A DNA stretch of 64,000 bases from the human T2T-CHM13v2.0 reference genome, Homo sapiens. The position numbers and the translations under genes were made by a program. Position 1 is the stretch's first letter. Every line of letters starts with the position of its first letter. Where the stretch lies: assembly GCF_009914755.1 (NCBI RefSeq), contig NC_060936.1. One strand, given 5' to 3'. The notes beneath the pieces are model-generated. The model ran no database searches and had not been told where the DNA came from. It saw only the letters and a program-made list of their open reading frames with translations. Positions 11,080 through 27,895 of the stretch are shown piece by piece.

Positions 11080-11812
11080 ATAGACATAAGCACTGCCCAA
11101 CCATATGTCTGGTTCTCCTTCAGCCCTTAGGGCAACTGCACAATCCAATACTCTTTGCATTTGGGTTGAGCCATGTGATTAATTCTGGCCAATATAGTGT
11201 GGGTTAAAATTATGCCTGTCACTGCCTTGCTGGAACATTTAATTGCCTATGTATGACCCTGACGCTCATAATCTTCTCCTTGCCACCATGGCAAGTGCCA
11301 TGCCAGTTAGTGGGGTCTTGGTCATCATTGAGCCCTTGCTGCCTAGAGAGTCATATTTGCCCACTAACATACCCTGTACTGGCACCTTTCCCTTCTCTTC
11401 TCATTTTCTTACTTCTGTATCAGTACTTCCTGGTGGAATCACTTCCCCCAAAGCTTCTTGTACTCAAAATCCAGTTGCTTGTCCCTAAGGTAGTCATCTT
11501 CACCACTGAAGACAGACCTTGAAAATCCCATCTGGAATTATCTAGAGATGAACTAAACTCTCCATCAGGTTAAAAAAAAAAAAAAAAAAAAGTGGGTGTT
11601 GCTCCAACTCCTTAATCTAATTTATTTTGAACCATCTTCTGTCTATGTGAATATTGCTCTTAGTCCTACAGTGAGAATAACAGAGAGGAGGCCCCTGCTA
11701 ATGTGCAAAGAACACGTAGCATGAGGAAGAAATAACCCTGTGTTGCTCTAAGCCATTGAGATTTAGGGATAGGTCATTACTATAGCATGACTTAGCTTCT
11801 ACAGGCTCTCAT
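11080..11812 (+). mobile_element. MLT1I/J-like LTR fragments (interrupted)
   Basis: GCCATGTGATTAATTCTGGCCAAT (~11170) and GAAATAACCCTGTGTTGCTCTAAGCCATTGAGATTTAGGG...ACTATAGCATGACTTAGC (~11730-11800). Confidence 0.6.
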
Positions 11813-12535
11813 ACAACCCTATACAATAAGCACCATACTCATCACCACTCCACAGGCAAGGGACATAAGCTCAGAAAGGTTAAATGATCTGCCCACTTTC
11901 TAAATCTCACAACTAGCAAGCCCTGGGGGCAGAATTTACACCCATTTCTGTCTGAGTTCAAAGTTCACGCCCAAAATTGCTATACCATACAGATAAAAGG
12001 ATCATTCATTTGCACTTAAATAAAGATTTGTAAATTATAAAACATTAAATAACATGAAGAATTTGTTGCCAGTATAGAATGTTGGAAGACTACTCAAGCA
12101 AAACCGTGCCTTCTCCTGAGAATTGAAAACAGGGCTTTAAAAACAGGCTAAAATAGGCTGACACCTCTGATATAGATAAAATGACCAAGTATAGCATCCA
12201 GAACCGAAACAACACTCAATACACATTACTATGTGGACAACAGGATGGGAGAGAGGGAGGAAGCAGGGAGAAACTTCATTTTCTGTTGCCATGTTCCACA
12301 TTGTCATGAGACAGGGGCAGATGAAGAGAATCTCTGGTTACTGGGGTTGGGAAGCCTTTATTCTTCATCTCCTTCATCTGTTCAGAATGATTTCATGAGC
12401 TAATTAGCCCAAGGGTAGCCCTCAACCAATGATGAATATAAGGTAGATGATAAATGCTCAGGTCTCCTGCCTCTCAACTCAGAGATGAGACAACACTGAA
12501 GGATGTTCTATACAATCTCCCAGAAGTCCCTAGAG

Positions 12536-13021
<486 letters not shown>

Positions 13022-13266
13022 GAATCAGTGGGATAGAGCCCCAGTTGCTCCGAGTTGTAACTTGCTTGTTAATACATTATTTTCACTTCCTTACTGCCCT
13101 ACCAGTGATTCCTAGAATCACTTCCCAACTAAACTATTGGTCCTCAAATTCTAGATGCTTCTAGAAAAACTCAACTTGAGACAGAGACCTTAAGCCACTA
13201 ATGGTAGAGGTACGGAAGTTTCCCTATCAAAGACTCTGGAATGTATCCAGTCAAGAGCTAAGTTAA

Positions 13267-14673
<1,407 letters not shown>

Positions 14674-15029
14674 ATTGCTAAGCCCATTACCAGGTCACCA
14701 AACTGAGTATTGTTCCATCTCATAATTTCAACCCATGTTGAAATTTTTCTGGTCCTTGAGAACACCCATGTTGGTCTCACCACTGGGTATCAGGATTTTG
14801 ACAATGGTGTTAGGATTCACTGGGCTCCCTCTTCATCAAGGGTGCACAAACTCATCTTTCAGGGAATAATTCATTCCACAGGAGGGGACACCAATGGGTA
14901 GAAGCTTATGTGAAAGTATGAAAATTGACTCCCAGCTTCTGCTCTAAGTTGGAACCAAGCTGCCTAATAAAAGGAAGCGCTAGACTTTCACCTCAGCCTT
15001 TTCATGATGTTTCATGTTGGCCAGGAACA

Positions 15030-15260
15030 CAGGCTCTGGGCTGTGGAATCGAGGGCGAGGCATGGCTTTCTGCTTCCAAACTATGTGACCTGAGCAAGTG
15101 ACTTCACCTTGCTAAACCTCAGTTTCCTCATCTGTCAAACAATGACAATAATAACTACCATACAGGACAGTTGGGGACATTCAGTGACGTGATGTAAACA
15201 AGGCATTTAACACATCTGGTAGGCAATCACTAATCACTAATCAGGTTGCTAATCATTGTT
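15030..15260 (+). mobile_element. MIR
   Basis: TGTGACCTGAGCAAGTGACTTCACCTTGCTAAACCTCAGTTTCCTCATCTGTCAAA. Confidence 0.8.
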
Positions 15261-17364
15261 GGCTGCAGGCTGCAACTATTGTGATTATCATGCTATCCTG
15301 TGGTTGAATATGTTTTACACAACTCTAGGCTGTCATAGCTTATGCATTCTGTGTCCAAGGCAGACACTGAAAGTGATGCCCATAATGTATCAAAGGGTTT
15401 AAACTGACTTCTGCTAGTATGAGTCTGTGGCTCTGAGCAATTTGCATAGCATTGTCCTTCAGGAACAAGTTCCAGAGCCAGGAGTAGAGGTGACCACTTT
15501 TTAATAGTTCATCCAACAATATTTACTGAGCCTGTGGTGCAGCAGTGAGTGCCTCTTAAGATGGAACATGACTTCCTCACTTTAGTGCAGTCCCCAATCC
15601 AGCCCAGCATACTTATTCTCCACTTGCCTGTCTACTATAAGCATTTTCAATGACTTCTGACCTAAGTTGTATTTTCTTCAATGCTTTTAAAGAGGTATGC
15701 TTTTCCCCAAATCCTTGAATAATACACATAAATGATGCTTCATGGTTTTATGTATTCCTGGTATTCTATATACACCCACTGGGAGTTCACATATCTCAGT
15801 TTGAAGGCGCAGCTAAAGGCAATTTTCTGTCTGCACAATTGACTCTGATAAGAGATACATGGTACTCTTCCTTCTAGGGAATACAAAGGAATCCCAATTT
15901 TCAACAACAGAAAAGAATTCAAGGGACTGTCGTTTCCCAGGTCACTGTAAGAAAGAGTTTTAAAACTATAAAGCTAATCCTCACCCCAAAAAAATCTCAA
16001 ATCAGGTGATTTTTAAAATTTCAAATCCATCCTAAACATGTGTCAACTCTTTACTATCAGTCCACTCCTAAATGATGACAAAGTAAAGCTTTCAACTTTT
16101 AATGGCTTTTTGTTTTTGATATTCCTTTTCTTTCTCCTTAACCCAAATCACATCTTGCTTGGCAAAGACTTTTTATTATTTTTTATTTTCTTGATTCATA
16201 GGTCCTTAATGAAAGCAAAATTCAACCTTATATTGGTCTTGTATGAATTAGGGACCATGTAAACAGTACTTAACAGTTCTAATTGAAGGTCAGTAAATCC
16301 CCAAGAGATTAAATGAATCCTGCAGGGAGCCGTGTAAATCTCCCTCTCTTTTATGGCAGAACAGCCAAGCCCCCAGACTGCCTTGTGCAAGGCTTAATAA
16401 ATATGGTATGCATCTAATCAAAACCATTTTGCACCCAAAGAGGTTAGGGGTGTAAATCACAATTACTCTTGGCACTAAACCCTTGGCCCAGAGAGGCCCA
16501 AGGTTGCCAAATACCATCAGGAGCTGACTTCTAGGACTTAGCTAGCTGTCTGGCATGGGTTTCCTGAGTGTCCAGCCTGCTTCTCAGCAGGGGAATCCAG
16601 ATGGGAGTATAAAACCTGAAAAGGATAGTAATTTCAAATGACCCTCTTGCTCTCTCTGGTTTCTTTACTCCTTGCCAGCTCTGGCTTGATCAAAAAGAAA
16701 TTATAAATTCATAGATGTCAATGCCTAGATCTGCCCTTGAAGTGCCATGAATTCATTCATCATGTCCAGACATGCACCATTTTAAAAGAAAATGGTGTAA
16801 AGTCCGAAGTACTTAGCTGTAAAAATCCCAAGTGAAGAGCACACTTAAACTCATGAATGTCAAGAAGGGGACCTGAGCTTTTGTACTTGCATCTGAATAT
16901 CCAAATGAGGATCATGTTAGTCTCCAGCACAGCTGGACATTACAGTTACCCATGAATAAGAGGACATAATGAAGGAAATTGTAAGAACAAAACGTGGTCT
17001 GTGATCTTGGGAACTGGAGGAACCAGAGCCAGAGCAACTGTTCAAGAATTTTTCAAAAATTCAGAGTGAGCACCATCCTAGATCTGTTACATCCATTAAG
17101 TCTGATCCTTGGATCATCCCTTTCAGTAGGCATTCTTCTCTTCTTTTCACACATAGATAAACTGAGGCTCAGAGAAGAGAAATCACATCTTCAATTCACT
17201 CAACTAGTTCAAAGCCTGGGGTTCAAAGCCAGGTCGGTCCACTCCAACTCCAGAGACTCTTCCCTGTCCTTCTGACATGCTGTTTCTTATAAGAACAGGA
17301 CAAGAAACATACTCAGACCATCTCCAGAAAGGCTCATGCGAAACGGAAGCGATATCCAACTTCT

Positions 17365-18557
<1,193 letters not shown>

Positions 18558-19214
18558 TAAGGAATAGCTCTTCAAAGGCAGAGGACAAAGCCAAGAAAGA
18601 GAGCTTTAGAATAAGACCAAGTAGCTCAGCAATGTCCACTAGTCAGGACTCTAAGTCCTTCTCAAGATATGCTTCAAGGGCTACTACCAATCAGGGTGGC
18701 CCTTGGAATAATGCCTATTTACCATCCCAGATGTAGCCACCAAATGGAGATCAGAGAGGATGTTCATTTCCATTTTGGCAAGTTGTTGCCCTGGCCATGA
18801 GCCCCCTGGCCATGCTGAATAGGAGCTCTCTACTCCCCTTCTTGATGTCTAACCTGAAAGTTGCTTAACGTGTTCCTGGATGACCCTGGATTTCCTCTGA
18901 AGTGGCCTCCCATGACTTGGAGCCGTATCTTCTCTTCTTCACATAAATTGTCCCTAATGACCTTGGAGCCCACTGGCAATGGCTTCTTTCTTCAGTACCT
19001 TGGAACTCACTCACATGTATGGCCACATCTTTCATTTTATACTCTTTTCCCTTCCTCCTTCAGCACTTTTGGAGTAGCTAGCCTTTGAGTGCTTTATTGG
19101 TACATGAATGCGTCACTCTGGTTCACCAGGATGAAGAACTCTCAGGCTGCCGTAGAGAAAAGAGGGTTTATTTTCAGGTGAATGGAAACTTCAGGTTTAC
19201 CAATAGAAACCTAA

Positions 19215-19682
19215 CAGAGCCCTGGTTTTATCCAGGTATCCACTCCATCCTCATCTCCAAAGGTGGAAGTGGCTTGGTCTAAATCAATAAGCATCTTTTA
19301 TTAGTTCAGGAGTAGCACATTATCTAAGCTGGATCAATCTAACTGGTGTGAAGAACTTTTTTTGCATGTGAGTATAGAACAGTTACTTCTCTCTCAACCT
19401 CTACTACCAGGTGTGACCAAGGAAGCCCACTGTGCTGTGGCTGTTGGTTGTCATGTTGTGACCATGTGGAGAACCAGCCAGCCTGAGGATGAAGCTACAG
19501 ATAAAGATGATGGAGTAAATAAATCACTGAGTTCAATAGACATCATTGAGTTGCTCACCAATCCATGCCTGGAGTCCCCTCTACCTCTGGACTCCTATGA
19601 CATGACTATACAACTTTAGTTATTGCCTTAGTTTGAGTGGGAGTTCTTTGTTACTCCCAGCCAAAAGCATCCTAACTGATAT
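19215..19682 (+). mobile_element. MLT1K/L-like LTR
   Basis: GCCTGAGGATGAAGC...GACATCATTGAG...CTACCTCTGGACT...TTTGTTACTCCCAGCCAAAAGCATCCTAACTGATA. Confidence 0.65.
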
Positions 19683-19934
19683 TTAAGCATCCTTATGGTC
19701 AGAAGTGAGAACTGAAAGAGATTTCACGGCTCAAGAACTGGCCACTCCCTCTGCCTCTTCCTCCCTCAGAACCTGCCTACTCCATTCTCCTCTCTCCCCC
19801 ATCCCTTTTGACTCCCAAATGCTCTCCACAGTCCCCATCTAAGTTTAGCCTTCAATAGGCCATTTTTGCTGTAGGTCACTCCATCAGCCCTCAGCCAGCC
19901 TATGTTTAGATCACCATTGATCAGAGACTGCAAG

Positions 19935-20458
19935 CTACCTCTCAGAAACCATCCCTCCCTCTTCCTTTAGTAATATAACCCACACATTTTAGCTGGGCAC
20001 ATGGCCACCCACAAAAAAAAAATAAAAATAAAAAATAAAAGTAAACATAAAAAAATAAAAATAAAAACGTTTATTTTTTCACCTTCCTTTCCTTTGAATC
20101 TAAGTCATGGACATTGTAACTAGGTTCTGACCAATGGGAAGTTAAGTGATTGGTCATACCCTAAAGGGAAGAACCTGCCTTCTACACCTTCTTTCTCCCA
20201 TTCCATTGCATAGAACGCAGAGTCAATGGCTGGAACTAGAGGAGCCATCTTAGATCACAAGATGGACGCCAGGTGCTAATATAGACAAATGAGACAGAAG
20301 GAGCTAGGGACTGGAACCTGTCACTGTGTGATAGACGTGCCAAATGGGCTGCTTATGCTTGATCTGTTACAAAAAATAGAAATCAGCTTCTCAGTTTCCT
20401 TAGGTCACTATTATTTTGCCCTTTGTTGTACTTGCTAGGCCTTATCCTAATTAATATT
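19935..20458 (+). mobile_element. MLT1J-like LTR
   Basis: TTTTAGCTGGGCACATGGCCACCC...GTAACTAGGTTCTGACCAATGGGA...ATGGCTGGAACTAGAGGAGCCATCTTAGATCA. Confidence 0.7.
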
Positions 20459-20687
20459 CCACCTTTAATCAATTAGTGACAACCCCTGTGCAAAGACCAG
20501 CCTGTGTCTGCTCACCTCACAGGGAGCTAAAGACAGGGTAGTTTTAGTGATAGAAGGGTATTGGGTGTGTCAGAAATCTGTCCAACATGTCTAATACTGT
20601 GAGGAGTAGCCTTTTCTCACTCTGATTTCATTATCTTTCTCTTTGCTTCTATATGACTCTTCTCCAACCATAGGGGTGTCATCCATC

Positions 20688-20718
<31 letters not shown>

Positions 20719-21269
20719 TTTATTCTTCCTGCTAATTTGTGTTTATCCTTTCTTCTTTCACTGTCTTTACCCTTTTCACTCAGCCATATTTGTAACCCAA
20801 ATAAACCCATAATCCCATGTGGCCCAGTTTCTAAAGTCAGAAAACAAAGTAAAAGTATCCGAATCTCTACTTGCTCTCTCAAGAAAACCTCAAGCAAGGA
20901 GGAGATGGTATGTTGAGAATGTACAATAAACATCTTTCGAATTCTGTCCCCATTTTTTTTCTCTCTCAATACCCTCCATTCAGATGTCAACCTCACCGAG
21001 GGAAACCTTCTCTCTCCCCTTTTTAAATACCAGTCTCTGAAACTCTGCCTTCACAGGCTTTCTGTTGTTTTTCCTCTTAGCTAATCTTGAGGATTTCTGT
21101 TATGTAGATTACAAATCCTTTATGACTTCTTTGTTTCTTCATTTCACCCATTATCCAGATTCTCCACAGCCCTGGAGAGTCCAGGGTTTAATTTAGCAAT
21201 TGATTCGGAAAGGGGAAAGTGAACATTATGACTAGTCATACACTAATACTTTTGTTCATGTGAGGTGTT

Positions 21270-21662
21270 TGCCTTAGGTCTGGTTCTCTTGGAGAGAGAT
21301 TTGCATACGGGGCTTCATTGGGAAGCGTTCACAGGAGTCACACAAGGAAGTCAGTGAGGGAAACAGGATTGGGCCCAGGGAGAACTTGGGCTGTGATGCA
21401 ATTGTACTAAAGGTCTCAGTCAATCCTATATGGAGCTTAAGAGCTGGGATGGCCCATCAGAGCTGCTTTGAATAGTCACTGCATGTAGCTTTCCCCCAGA
21501 GACTGAGCAAGCCACTTCCTTCACTCAAGGGCAGTTCCTGCAGAGGGACTTAGCTGTGAGCCATAAACATCAAATACTCTCTGGAGTTCAGAGAATGAGT
21601 CCTGTGGTTCTGAAGGTGGGTGGGGGGGTGGCATTGGGTGGCACACTACAGCATCCACTACA
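21270..21662 (-). mobile_element. LTR16-type solo LTR
   Basis: TGCCTTAGGTCTGGTTCTC..GAGATTTGCAT...GGGCTGTGATGCA...GAGCTGGGATGGCCC...ACAGCATCCACTACA. Confidence 0.6.
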
Positions 21663-22911
21663 ATCTTCACTTATTCATTCAACAAATACTTACTGTGCAC
21701 CTACCCTGTGATAGAAGATGTACACCTTTCTCTAACTTGCCCTGCTTTCAACCCTTTCCCTGCTGCCATCCCTTCCTTGTTCCTTCCTCCTCCATCTCCC
21801 TCTCCACCCACTACGGTTTGCCTGGAGCTAGAGCTTCAAGAATGGGCTGGCGCCTTAATTGCTTCTCTCTCCTCTGTGACATCAATTGGAGGTGACATTT
21901 CCCGGGCACGGAGCTGCATCCCTGTGGCTGCATATTCCCCCTGTCACAGGAGATCACCGAAGCTGTCACAAGTGGAAAGCTAGAAGCCATCGGAGGAGCA
22001 GGGGGGCACAGAGATCCCAGGCAGCATTCAAAGGGTTGGTGAGACACACTTCCCAGAGCTGGTTCCAGAGGCACTTTCTGCCCCGCTGATCTCTGCCTGG
22101 GGAGAGTCGATGGGATCTGACATTTCAGGGGTTACCCGACTGAGCTACGCCAACCAGGTCTCTCACCCAAAGCAAGGGGAAAAGGGCTGGATCCTGGGTG
22201 GCAAGCCAGTCCCCAAGGAAAGAATGGAGCGATGCAAATGAGAAAAAGGAACTCAAGCAGAAAGGCTCTTTTGCGGCTTCTAGTGGCAAGCCGACCTGCA
22301 TTTGCTTGTTCTGTCCCTTAGAGATGCCTCAGTTTCCTCAGCCATAAAATGGGCTGTTGTGAGGATTAAATATGAAGTATAAAAATCTGTTGGATCAAGT
22401 AAGCCAAAAACATAGGGGCATTTAAAAAATTTCCTTCTTTTGATTCCTCCAGTTTCCCTGGTTACCTGTAGCCAGTCCATCAGCAAACTGTGTCAGCTTC
22501 ATCTCCAAAATATGTCCCAAAAATGACCACCGGCCCCACCTTCACTGCTCCCAAGCCACTATCACCCACTGCCGGGACAATTTCACTCGGCGCCCACATA
22601 GTCTTTCTGCTTCCATTCTTGCCTTTCCACAGTCTATTCTCCACACAGCAGTCAGGACTAGTTTGCAAAACAGAAATCAGGTCACATCATTCCCCTGTTT
22701 AACATCCTTCAGGAGGCTTTCTCTGTACGTGAAACAAAAAGGCCCTTCATTTTCTGGCCCTGACCCCTCTCCAACCTAACTTCTTTCCTTCGTTCACTAA
22801 GCTTCAACCCCCATCCCCAACCCCACTGCCTTTGTCGAACATGACAAGTTTGTTCCCATGTCAGAGCCTTTGTATGTGCTATTCCCTGTGCCTGGACTGC
22901 TCTTCCCCTGA

Positions 22912-23782
<871 letters not shown>

Positions 23783-24989
23783 TAGACTGTAACCATCTCA
23801 CAACTGTCACTACTAGAAAGAGGAAGTCTTCTAGTCTGGTGCCAAATCTTAAGGCATCTATAGGTGTGCCTGTGTCAGTGCCACCCTTAATGGAGATGAA
23901 ACTGGCAGCTGGAAATGTCTTGTTCCACCCTCAACAGCTTCCCAGAGCTGCTTTTAAAATTATTATTCAGACTGACAAAGGCCAAACGGGTGCTGGGAAT
24001 ATCCCAATCCATCTCAACTTCAGTTTGTCACCCAAGATTCGTGAGCTCGCAGAGCTCGAAGTGCCCCAGAGACTGTCCAGTCCAGGCCTCTCATTTTTCA
24101 GATGGGAATATTGACACTCAGAGAAGTTAATCACATCACTGATTCTTTAATACAGGAGCCACTGTTCTGGACCTGTCACCCTCGGCTGGGCTCTGGCTCT
24201 TGCTCTCCTGTTCTTTGCTTGGCTATCTTCATGACTGGCTTTTCATACGCCATTCTTGTGAGAGCTTAAATGTCAGTCCCATCGGGAATGACTTTTTGCG
24301 CCCTCCCATGGATTTCTCATAAACTCCATTCTATGAGTGTCTTTTTCATGTTTGAGGAATTGCTTACCTAATTATCCACCCTCCCTTCCCAATAGATTCA
24401 ACTCCATGACGACAAGAAGACATCTGCCTTAGGCACCATTGTATTCTCAGCACCCACACATAGTAGGTGTTCCACAAACACACGCTGGGTGAAAACAAGC
24501 GTAAGCCTGCATTGCAATGGGAAAATTTCTAATTTCTCAAATCATTTGTTCATGGGTGCAAGACAAGTCTACTTTCAAGTCTTGCTTCTCCCACGCTGCA
24601 TTTCCTTAGCTCTCCTGGCATCAGCTGGATTTTATTATTAATAATAAAAACAGCCTATGATTTATGAGGCACCATGGAGCCCAGGCTGACTAGTGAGCTT
24701 ACACTTTGCACATAAAAATCAAGCCTGCTACCTGAACCCCAGTGTCTCACAAGTAAGGGAAAAACGAACTAAATTAGGCATTTGTGGACCAAGATGCTTT
24801 GGTTTCCTTCTGCCAGCAGGACCCGCTCAGCTTCAGTGGGTGAGCAAGTTCCTCCTGCCATGCCCCTGCTCTCCTCTCCAGGCTACCATCCCAGGTTTGC
24901 CAAGGACAAGTCTCTGGAACCTGTGGGTATTCCCATAAGCCAGAAAATCACAGCACTGGGAGCTAGAGAGAGACCTCAAAGATGAACTA

Positions 24990-25310
24990 GATTAGAGGTC
25001 ACTTTTGGCCTGCAGGATTGCTTTGCTTGGCCCATGTCATGCTGTAATAAATTTGAATCCATGGCGGATATTCAAAAATTTGATTTTACATAAAAATCTC
25101 AATTTCTCTCTTCTCTTGAAAATTAAACTCTGGCGACATTGGGCTGGAATTCCTGTCTGGCAATAATTTTCAGGAGCTGAGTGATGGCTGTGTGCTTTAG
25201 GGGGACCAGGGCCCCCCATTTTCCCCAGGTACCATTTCTCCTTGGTATGCTACCACCCTAGGCTCACTTCACTCATTTGCACGAATTGCCTGGCTTGGAA
25301 GAGCTTACCA
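24990..25310 (+). mobile_element. MER102-like hAT-Charlie element
   Basis: CTTGAAAATT...TCTGGCGACATTGGGC...GGAGCTGAGTGATGGCTG...CACTTCACTCATTTGCAC..TTGCCTGGC. Confidence 0.65.
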
Positions 25311-25494
25311 CCCATGAAGAGCCAGTTTTTCATCTCATAGATAGGGACACTAAGGTTTTCAAGGGAAAATTGAGTTATCTGAGATCACCCACAAGTTAAT
25401 GACAGAGCAAGGCCGAGAACCCAGGTCTCCTGGCCTTTAATCTAGGACTCTTGACCCCAGATTGCACTTGCAATGATGCTCCTGGTCAGGCCAC

Positions 25495-25981
25495 TCTATT
25501 AATTTCCTAGGGCTATTGTAATGTTACCATGAACTAGGTGGCTTACGACAACAGAAACTTATTCTCTCAGTTCTGGAGGCAAGAAGTCCAAAATCAAGGT
25601 TTCAGCAGGGTCACACCCCCTCTGAAAGCTATAGGGGAGAATCCTTCCTTCCTTGCCTTTTCCAGTTTCCACCTGCCACCTGGTAGCTCCAGGTGTTCCT
25701 TGGCTTGTGGCTGCATCACTCCAATCTCTGTTTCCATCTTAATGCCCTTCTCTCTGTTTCTCTGTGTGTTTGTGTGTCTGTCTGTCTAATCAACCTCTGC
25801 CTCACTCTTCTAAGGGCACTTGTCATTGAAATTAGGGCACAAGGTACTCCAAGATAATATCATCTGGAGATCTTTAATTTATGTCTGCAAAGACACTTTT
25901 TCCAAATAAGGTCACATTCACAGGTTCTGGGGGTTAGGACATGGACATATCTTTTTGCAGGCCACTATTCAACCCACTACA
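25495..25981 (-). mobile_element. MLT1C-like solo LTR with 5-bp TSD
   Basis: TSD GCCAC at 25490-25494 and 25982-25986; ends ...CACTATTCAACCCACTACA; internal TCTGCAAAGAC..TTTTCCAAATAAGGTCACATTCACAGGTTC. Confidence 0.9.
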
Positions 25982-26254
25982 GCCACTAAGCCAAAAGAGT
26001 TCTGTAAAGGAGCTCCCATGGAAAAGAACTCAGCCTAGAATAAATTTTAATTGGCCAGCAGTTCCAGTGCATGCCATTCTGAGACCTTGGGTTGCATAAG
26101 AAGCTACAGGACAAACACGGAAGTTCCAAATAACCCTCACAGTGACCTCCCAGAAGGAAAGACATCTGAGAAAGAAGACATAGTAATAATAACTACCATT
26201 ATTTATATTACAATAATAATCATGATGATAATAACAGCAACAGTAATAATAGAT

Positions 26255-26430
26255 ATAGGCATTATTTCATTTAAACTTCTCAAAAACACAATGAGAAAAT
26301 GAGTATCATTGCCCTTATTACCTGAATGAGGAAACTGGAGGCTCAGAGAGGTTAGAGCACTTGACCAAGGTATCACTGCAAGTCAGTGGTAGAACCAGGA
26401 TCTAACCCAGGTCATTCTGACTCCAAATAA
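26255..26430 (-). mobile_element. MIR
   Basis: ATGAGGAAACTGGAGGCTCAGAGAGGTTAG..ACTTGACCAAGG...AACCCAGGTCATTCTGACTCCAAA. Confidence 0.8.
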
Positions 26431-27039
26431 TGCTTTTTATCAGCACCTGACCTAAACATGGACCTAAGTCGTAGGGAGTAGAGAGGTGTCCAAATGTGCA
26501 CACACAGACTGAATCCCATCATCCTGGACCTGCCTTTAAAATGTTTTCTACATCAGCCTCCAGTCATTAAAAATCAGTTCCTTCCAAGAAAATGGTATTT
26601 TTATGCTGGTGCACTTAACATCCTTTGGGAGGCAAGGTCACTTGGGATGGGAGGCCTTAAACTCCAATGGTGGCGAAGAAATCATGCAAAAGTGTATTAG
26701 CCCTTCAAGAACCCAGACTGCATGTGTGACATCAAATGAATTTCTCACCTGCCTGGCATCTGCCATTTTCAAGAAAAGGCCAGAGGTCATCCTTGAAGTT
26801 GCTGGGAGTCTTTACACCCTGGGTTCTTAACTACTCAAAGTGTTCTGGACTTCCCCTAAAATATCTGTGTTCTTCACAGCTTTTGGTTCTGTGATCCAGG
26901 AGCCATGACCTATAAACTCCTCATCCTCTTTAATTATTTAATCAGATCTTTTAAAACATGACAAAAGGATTCCTACCCAAGAAAATGATAAATGAAAGGA
27001 TGCACATAGCCAAGGGGTTTGAAGATAAAGGCAGGGCAC

Positions 27040-27890
27040 ATGAGGGCACACCTTCAAATTAAACAAATGAAATTTCAAGAAAGGACAGAGATAATGAAGA
27101 AGACAAAATTGTCGAAGAAATAATAAAATATTTAAAGCCTCTCATTCACAAATCTTCAGATTGAAAGGATCTACTAAATGCCCAGTCCACAAATTTAAAA
27201 ATACCTATTCCTAAATGCATTGCCATAAAATTTCAGAACACTAAGCATAAAGAGAATACCTCTAAAGAGATACTAAAAAGGAGTGGGAAGTTACCATAAT
27301 ATAAACTTTTAGTATCTCTTTATCTAAAAATGTAAACTGTGGCACTAATATAAAGAAAATAGACACATCAATAAACAAATTTAAAAGCCAGATGGTTTGA
27401 TAAAAGTTATTAGGACGCTTCATTACTATTAGGTTACACTATTAGGAAAAATTAATAATAGGCTTAACTAAGAAGCTAACACTTGATTAGACTAAGCTTG
27501 TGTCAGGCACTAAACTTTATATGACTTAACTAAATTAATCATCTCACTCACTGTATGAAGTAGCATTATTATTACCAGGTTAGAGATAGAAAACTGAACC
27601 ATAGAGAGGTTAAGTGGCTTCGGTAAGGTCAGACAGCTAAATTACAGGTGGACTAAACAGTTCATATGAATAATCTAAATATGAACAAAGTTCCTATTAA
27701 TGGGAAAGATCAAGCATAAAGTCAGTGGCAAAGACCATAATGTGGAATATTAATGAATACGACTATATGAAGAAATCAAAACCCATCCGATCATCATAAA
27801 GCAAAGCCAAGCGGCAACAACAACAACAACAAACCATCAGTTAAGGTGGAAAAAAACTTAGAAAATTGAGGGACTATATTTGTAAGTTAT
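27040..27890 (+). mobile_element. Highly decayed L1M fragments with an embedded MIR
   Basis: AATCTTCAGATTGAAAGG...AAAATTTCAGAACACTAAGCATAAAGAGAA resembles old L1 ORF1; MIR at ~27480-27650. Confidence 0.5.
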
Positions 27891-27895
27891 GATAG

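Noticed and set aside
14724-14779. Hairpin AATTTCAAC-CCAT-GTTGAAATT and a repeat of ACCCATGTTG 33 bp later
   Set aside because: Only a 9-bp AT-rich stem and two units; not an array, and no RNA family recognised
25030-25190. AT-rich segment with GTAATAAA and an imperfect hairpin that resembles a conserved element
   Set aside because: Better explained as part of a MER102-like transposon
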